From Octopus bimaculoides (lineage: Eukaryota): DNA of 64,000 nt. Every line of letters starts with the position of its first letter. The first letter of the stretch is position 1. The stretch is from assembly GCF_001194135.2 (NCBI RefSeq), contig NC_069002.1, positions 1,620,839 to 1,684,838 of the forward strand, in the 5' to 3' direction. The notes below the pieces were generated by a model. That model ran no database searches. It was given only the letters and a program-made list of their open reading frames with translations, and had not been told where the DNA came from. The translations under genes were made by a program, and so were the position numbers. This document shows, piece after piece, positions 63,191 through 64,000 of this stretch.

Positions 63191-63963
63191 TGTATGTCTG
63201 TCTCTCTTCCTGTCTATCTGTCTATCTATTTCCATCCACCCATCCATCCATCAATCTCTCTCTGTCTGTCTGTATATCTAGCTACCTCTGCCTGTCTGTC
63301 TATCCATTCATCTGTGTGCGTGTGCGTGTGCGTGTGTATCTATGTGTTTATTTGGAAAGGAAGAGGAAAGAAAGAAGGAGAATGAGGCCGACTATTGGTG
63401 TGTGACAACGGTACCACACAGCAGAAACCTTAACTCACGATGACGAAGAATTTTCTACCGACACTAAATATGACACGTCTTAAAAAAAAGATGGCGCTGG
63501 ATGGGTCCTTTTATTATTTCGGTTTTTCTACTCTGGTCCAGTCTGAAAGAACCTGTGAATGGAGAGGAGCGCGGGGCGGGGGTCTCTTTTTTATTTTCGA
63601 ATGTGTTCGACTGATATGTAGTTTAACGTATATAAAGATGACAAAACGACTTAGATTAACGTATAACGCCAGCTAAGGACCGTTCATCCCTCCACCTGTC
63701 AACAACAGCAGTAATAACAATATCAGCTAAGTCGCCCTGGTGGTGGTGGTAGTGGTGTTCTTTTCGGTTGAGAGATGAGATGTGGTTGTATCTGTCTAAT
63801 TATCTAGTTTTATCGACTATCTATACAGCATTTATGGTGTTACTACAAGGGGGATATAGGGAGTGAAAACTACCAGGCATATACATACGTATCTATGTAC
63901 ATATGCATGTGTATCTATGTGTGTATATATGTATATATATATCTATATCTATCTATCTATCTA

Positions 63964-64000
<37 letters not shown>

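Noticed and set aside
1602-64000. Most ORF-track entries (YIYI, CVCV, THTH, poly-D/M/H/V/S peptides)
   Set aside because: They are translations of di-, tri- and tetranucleotide microsatellites, with no domain content or splice-phase support.

Overview
AT-rich, microsatellite-dense animal genomic DNA with many N gaps. The SINE/LINE repertoire and intron style suggest a coleoid cephalopod such as Octopus (inference). Three spliced genes can be assembled by hand with consistent GT-AG sites and phases. (1) The 3' part of MEAF6/EAF6 (+, 1-1795). (2) An uncharacterised single-pass SPFH/Band-7 gene (-, about 3051-10327) with two intact, diverged copies of its last coding exon and a mariner transposase remnant between them. 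(3) A complete PRDM4 orthologue (+, 22862-30608, 8 coding exons, 921 aa) with an expanded zinc-knuckle loop and a long acidic tail. The rest is repeat-rich non-coding DNA: tRNA-derived SINEs, RTE/CR1 and restriction-like-endonuclease LINE fragments, mariner MITEs, a TIR element with a central telomeric palindrome, and a higher-order minisatellite. The most striking unannotated signal is a near-canonical type I hammerhead ribozyme on the minus strand at 53994-54068, with two weaker hammerhead-like motifs elsewhere. All structures and alignments were worked out by eye and need computational confirmation.
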